Shown: in pieces, positions 60,901-64,000 of the stretch
How the letters are laid out: each line of letters opens with the position of its first letter
Numbering within the stretch: position 1 is the first letter of the stretch
NCBI GenBank assembly: GCA_030390025.1
Contig: CM059438.1
Coordinates: 54,996,001-55,060,000, forward strand
DNA length: 64,000 nucleotides
DNA from: Squalus acanthias
Lineage: Eukaryota
Direction of reading: 5' to 3'
The notes under the pieces: generated by a model
Seen by the model: only the letters and a program-made list of their open reading frames with translations
What the model was told of the DNA's origin: nothing
Databases searched by the model: none
Position numbers and translations under genes: made by a program

Positions 60901-63900
60901 CGGGAGTGGCTGATTTAAACAGAGCGCGGAGAGCGGGAGACGCTGATTTAAACAGAGCCGAGAGCGGGAGAGGCTGATTTAAACAGAGCGCCGAGAGCGG
61001 GAGAGGCTGATTTAAACAGAGCCGAGAGCGGGAGAGGCTGATTTAAACAGAGCCGAGAGCGGGAGAGGCTGATTTAAACAGATCCGAGAGAGGGAGAGGC
61101 TGATTTAAACAGCCGAGAGCGGGAGAGGCTGATTTAAACAGAGCGCCGAGAGAGGGAGAGGCTGATTTAAACAGAGCCAAGAGCGGGAGAGGCTGATTTA
61201 AACAGAGCGCCGAGAGCGGGAGAGGCTGATTTAAACAGAGCGCCGAGAGCGGGAGAGGCTGATTTAAACAGAGCCGAAAGCGGGAGAGGCTGATTTAAAC
61301 TGAGCGCCGAGAGCGGGAGAGGCTGATTTAAACAGAGCCGAGAGCGGGAGAGGCTGATTTAAACAGCCGAGAGCGGGAGAGGCTGATTTAAACAGCGCCG
61401 AGAGCGGGAGAGGCTGATTTAAACAGAGCCGAGAGTGGGAGAGACTGATTTAAACAGCCGAGAGCGGGAGAGGCTGATTTAAACAGAGCCGAGAGCGGGA
61501 GAGGCTGATTTAAACAGAGCCGAGAGTGGGAGAGACTGATTTAAACAGCCGAGAGCGGGAGAGGCTGATTTAAACAGAGCCGAGAGCGGGAGAGGCTGAT
61601 TTAAACAGAGCCGAGAGTGGGAGAGGCTGATTTAAACAGAGCCGAGAGCGGGAGAGGCTGATTTAAACAGAGCCGAGAGTGGGAGAGGCTGATTTAAACA
61701 GAGCCGAGAGCGGGAGAGGCTGATTTAAACAGCCGAGAGCGGGAGAGGCTGATTTAAACAGAGCGCCGAGAGCGGGAGAGGCTGATTTAAACAGAGCCGA
61801 GAGCGGGAGAGGCTGATTTAAACAGAGCCGAGAGCGGGAGAGGCTGATTTAAACAGAGCGCTGAGAGTGGGAGAGGCTGATTTAAACAGAGCCGAGAGCG
61901 GGAGAGGCTGATTTAAACAGAGCCCCGAGCGCAGGAGAGGCTGATTTAAACAGAGCGCCGAGAGCGGGAGAGACTGATTTAAACAGAGCCGAGAGCGGGA
62001 GAGGCTGATTTAAACAGCCGAGAGCGGGAGAGGCTGATTTAAACAGAGCGCCGAGAGCGGGAGAGGCTGTTTTAAACAGAGCGCCGAGAGCGGGAGAGGC
62101 TGATTTAAACAGAGCTCCGAGAGCGGGAGAGGCTGATTTAAACAGCCGAGAGCGGGAGAGGCTGATTTAAACAGCCGAGAGTGGGAGAGGCTGATTTAAA
62201 CAGAGCCGAGAGTGGGAGAGGCTGATTTAAACAGCCGAGAGCGGGAGAGGCTGATTTAAACAGAGCGCCGAGAGCGGGAGAGGCTGATTTAAACAGAGCC
62301 GAAAGCGGGAGAGGCTGATTTAAACAGAGCTCCGAGAGCGGGAGAGGCTGATTTAAACAGCCGAGAGCGGGAGAGGCTGATTTAAACAGCCGAGAGTGGG
62401 AGAGGCTGATTTAAACAGAGCCGAGAGTGGGAGAGGCTGATTTAAACAGAGCCGAGAGCGGGAGAGGCTGATTTAAACAGCCGAGAGCGAGAGAGGCTGA
62501 TTTAAACAGAGCTCCGAGAGCGGGAGAGGCTGATTTAAACAGAGCCGAGAGCGGGAGAGGCTGATTTAAAGAGAGCGCCGAGAGTGGGAGAGGCTGATTT
62601 AAACAGAGCCGAAAGCGGGAGAGGCTGATTTAAAGAGAGCGCCGAGAGTGGGAGAGGCTGATTTAAACAGAGCCGAAAGCGGGAGAGGCTGATTTAAACA
62701 GAGCCGAGAGCGGGAGAGGCTGATTTAAACAGAGCCCCGAGAGCGGGAGAGGCTGATTGAAACAGCCGATAGCGGGAGAGGCTGATTTAAACAGAGCCGA
62801 GAGTGGGAGAGACTGATTTAAACAGAGCCCCGAGAGCGGGAGAGGCTGATTTAAACAGCCGAGAGCGGGAGAGGCTGATTTAAACAGAGCCGAGAGCGGG
62901 AGAGGCTGATTTAAACAGAGCCCCGAGAGCGGGAGAGGCTGATTTAAACAGAGCCGAGAGCGGGAGAGGCTGATTTAAACAGCCGATAGCGGGTGAGGCT
63001 GATTTAAACAGAGCCGAGAGCGGGAGAGGCTGATTTAAACAGCCGAGAGCGGGAGAGGCTGATTTAAACAGAGCCCCGAGAGCGGGAGAGGCTGATTTAA
63101 ACAGAGCCGAGAGCGGGAGAGGCTGATTTAAACAGCCGATAGCGGGTGAGGCTGATTTAAACAGAGCCGAGAGCGGGAGAGGCTGATTTAAACAGAGCCG
63201 AGAGCGGGAGAGGCTGATTTAAACCGAGCGCCGAGAGCGGGAGAGGCTGATTTAAACAGAGCCGAGAGCGGGAGAGGCTGATTTAAACAGAGCCGAGACG
63301 GGAGAGCCTGATTTAAACAGCCGAGAGCGGGAGAGGCTGATTTAAACAGAACTCCGAGAGCGGGAGAGGCTGATTTAAACAGAGCCCCGAGAGCAGGAGA
63401 GGCTGATTTAAACAGCCGAGAGTGGGAGAGGCTGATTTAAACAGAACTCCGAGAGCGGGAGAGGCTGATTTAAACAGAACTCCGAGAGCGGGAGAGGCTG
63501 ATTTAAACAGCCGAGAGCGGGAGAGGCTGATTTAAACAGAACTCCGAGAGCGGGAGAGGCTGATTTAAACAGAACTCCGAGAGCGGGAGAGGCTGATTTA
63601 AACAGCCGAGAGCGGGAGAGGCTGATTTAAACAGAACTCCGAGAGCGGGAGAGGCTGATTTAAACAGAACTCCGAGAGTGGGAGAGGCTGATTTAAACAG
63701 AGCGCCGAGAGCGGGAGAGGCTGATTTAAACAGAACTCCGAGAGTGGGAGAGGCTGATTTAAACAGAGCCGAGAGCGGGAGAGGCTGATTTAAACAGAGC
63801 CGAGAGCGGGAGAGGCTGATTTAAACAGAGCCGAGAGTGGGAGAGGCTGATTTAAACAGAGCCGAGAGCGGGAGAGGCTGATTTAAACAGAGCCGAGAGC

Positions 63901-64000
63901 GGGAGAGGCTGATTTAAACAGAGCGCCGAGAGCGGGAGAGGCTGATTTAAACAGAGCCGAGAGCGGGAGAGGCTGATTTAAACAGAGCCGAGAGCGGGAG
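60901..64000. repeat. 29-33-bp satellite array (about 100 units), continuing past the window end
   Basis: Unit gggagaggctgatttaaacag(ag)(cg/cc/ct)ccgagagc. Confidence 0.97.

Noticed and set aside
60901..64000. CRISPR-like or hammerhead-satellite interpretation of the array
   Set aside because: There are no unique spacers or cas genes, and the context is eukaryotic. CUGAUUU does not match the CUGANGA hammerhead core.

Overview
Vertebrate genomic DNA, most likely a shark or other chondrichthyan (inferred from HE1-like and SacSINE1/Deu-like SINEs and shark-type CR1, L2 and Penelope elements). It has one 500-N gap (4786-5285). Most of the window is nested transposable elements: about 15 CR1 LINE copies, mostly on the minus strand, including one nearly intact full-length CR1 with an SGNH-esterase ORF1; L2; a second CR1/L2-group LINE family; Penelope-like elements with minimal hammerhead ribozyme motifs; hAT and PIF/Harbinger MITEs; three intron-containing Harbinger Myb/SANT genes; two Harbinger transposase relics; and a 1.13-kb solo LTR. 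Host-derived signals are few: a CpG promoter/first-exon-like region at about 3.7-4.0 kb and an intronless, frameshifted copy of UQCC6/BRAWNIN (C12orf73) at 8582-8786. That copy lies between hAT-like inverted termini together with a copy of the local first-exon sequence, suggesting a Pack-TIR-like element. The window ends in a >3-kb satellite of about 31 bp built on a near-palindrome. I could not identify an intact host protein-coding gene. The window is probably largely an intron of a + strand gene. All calls were made by eye without database searches, and many repeat boundaries are approximate.
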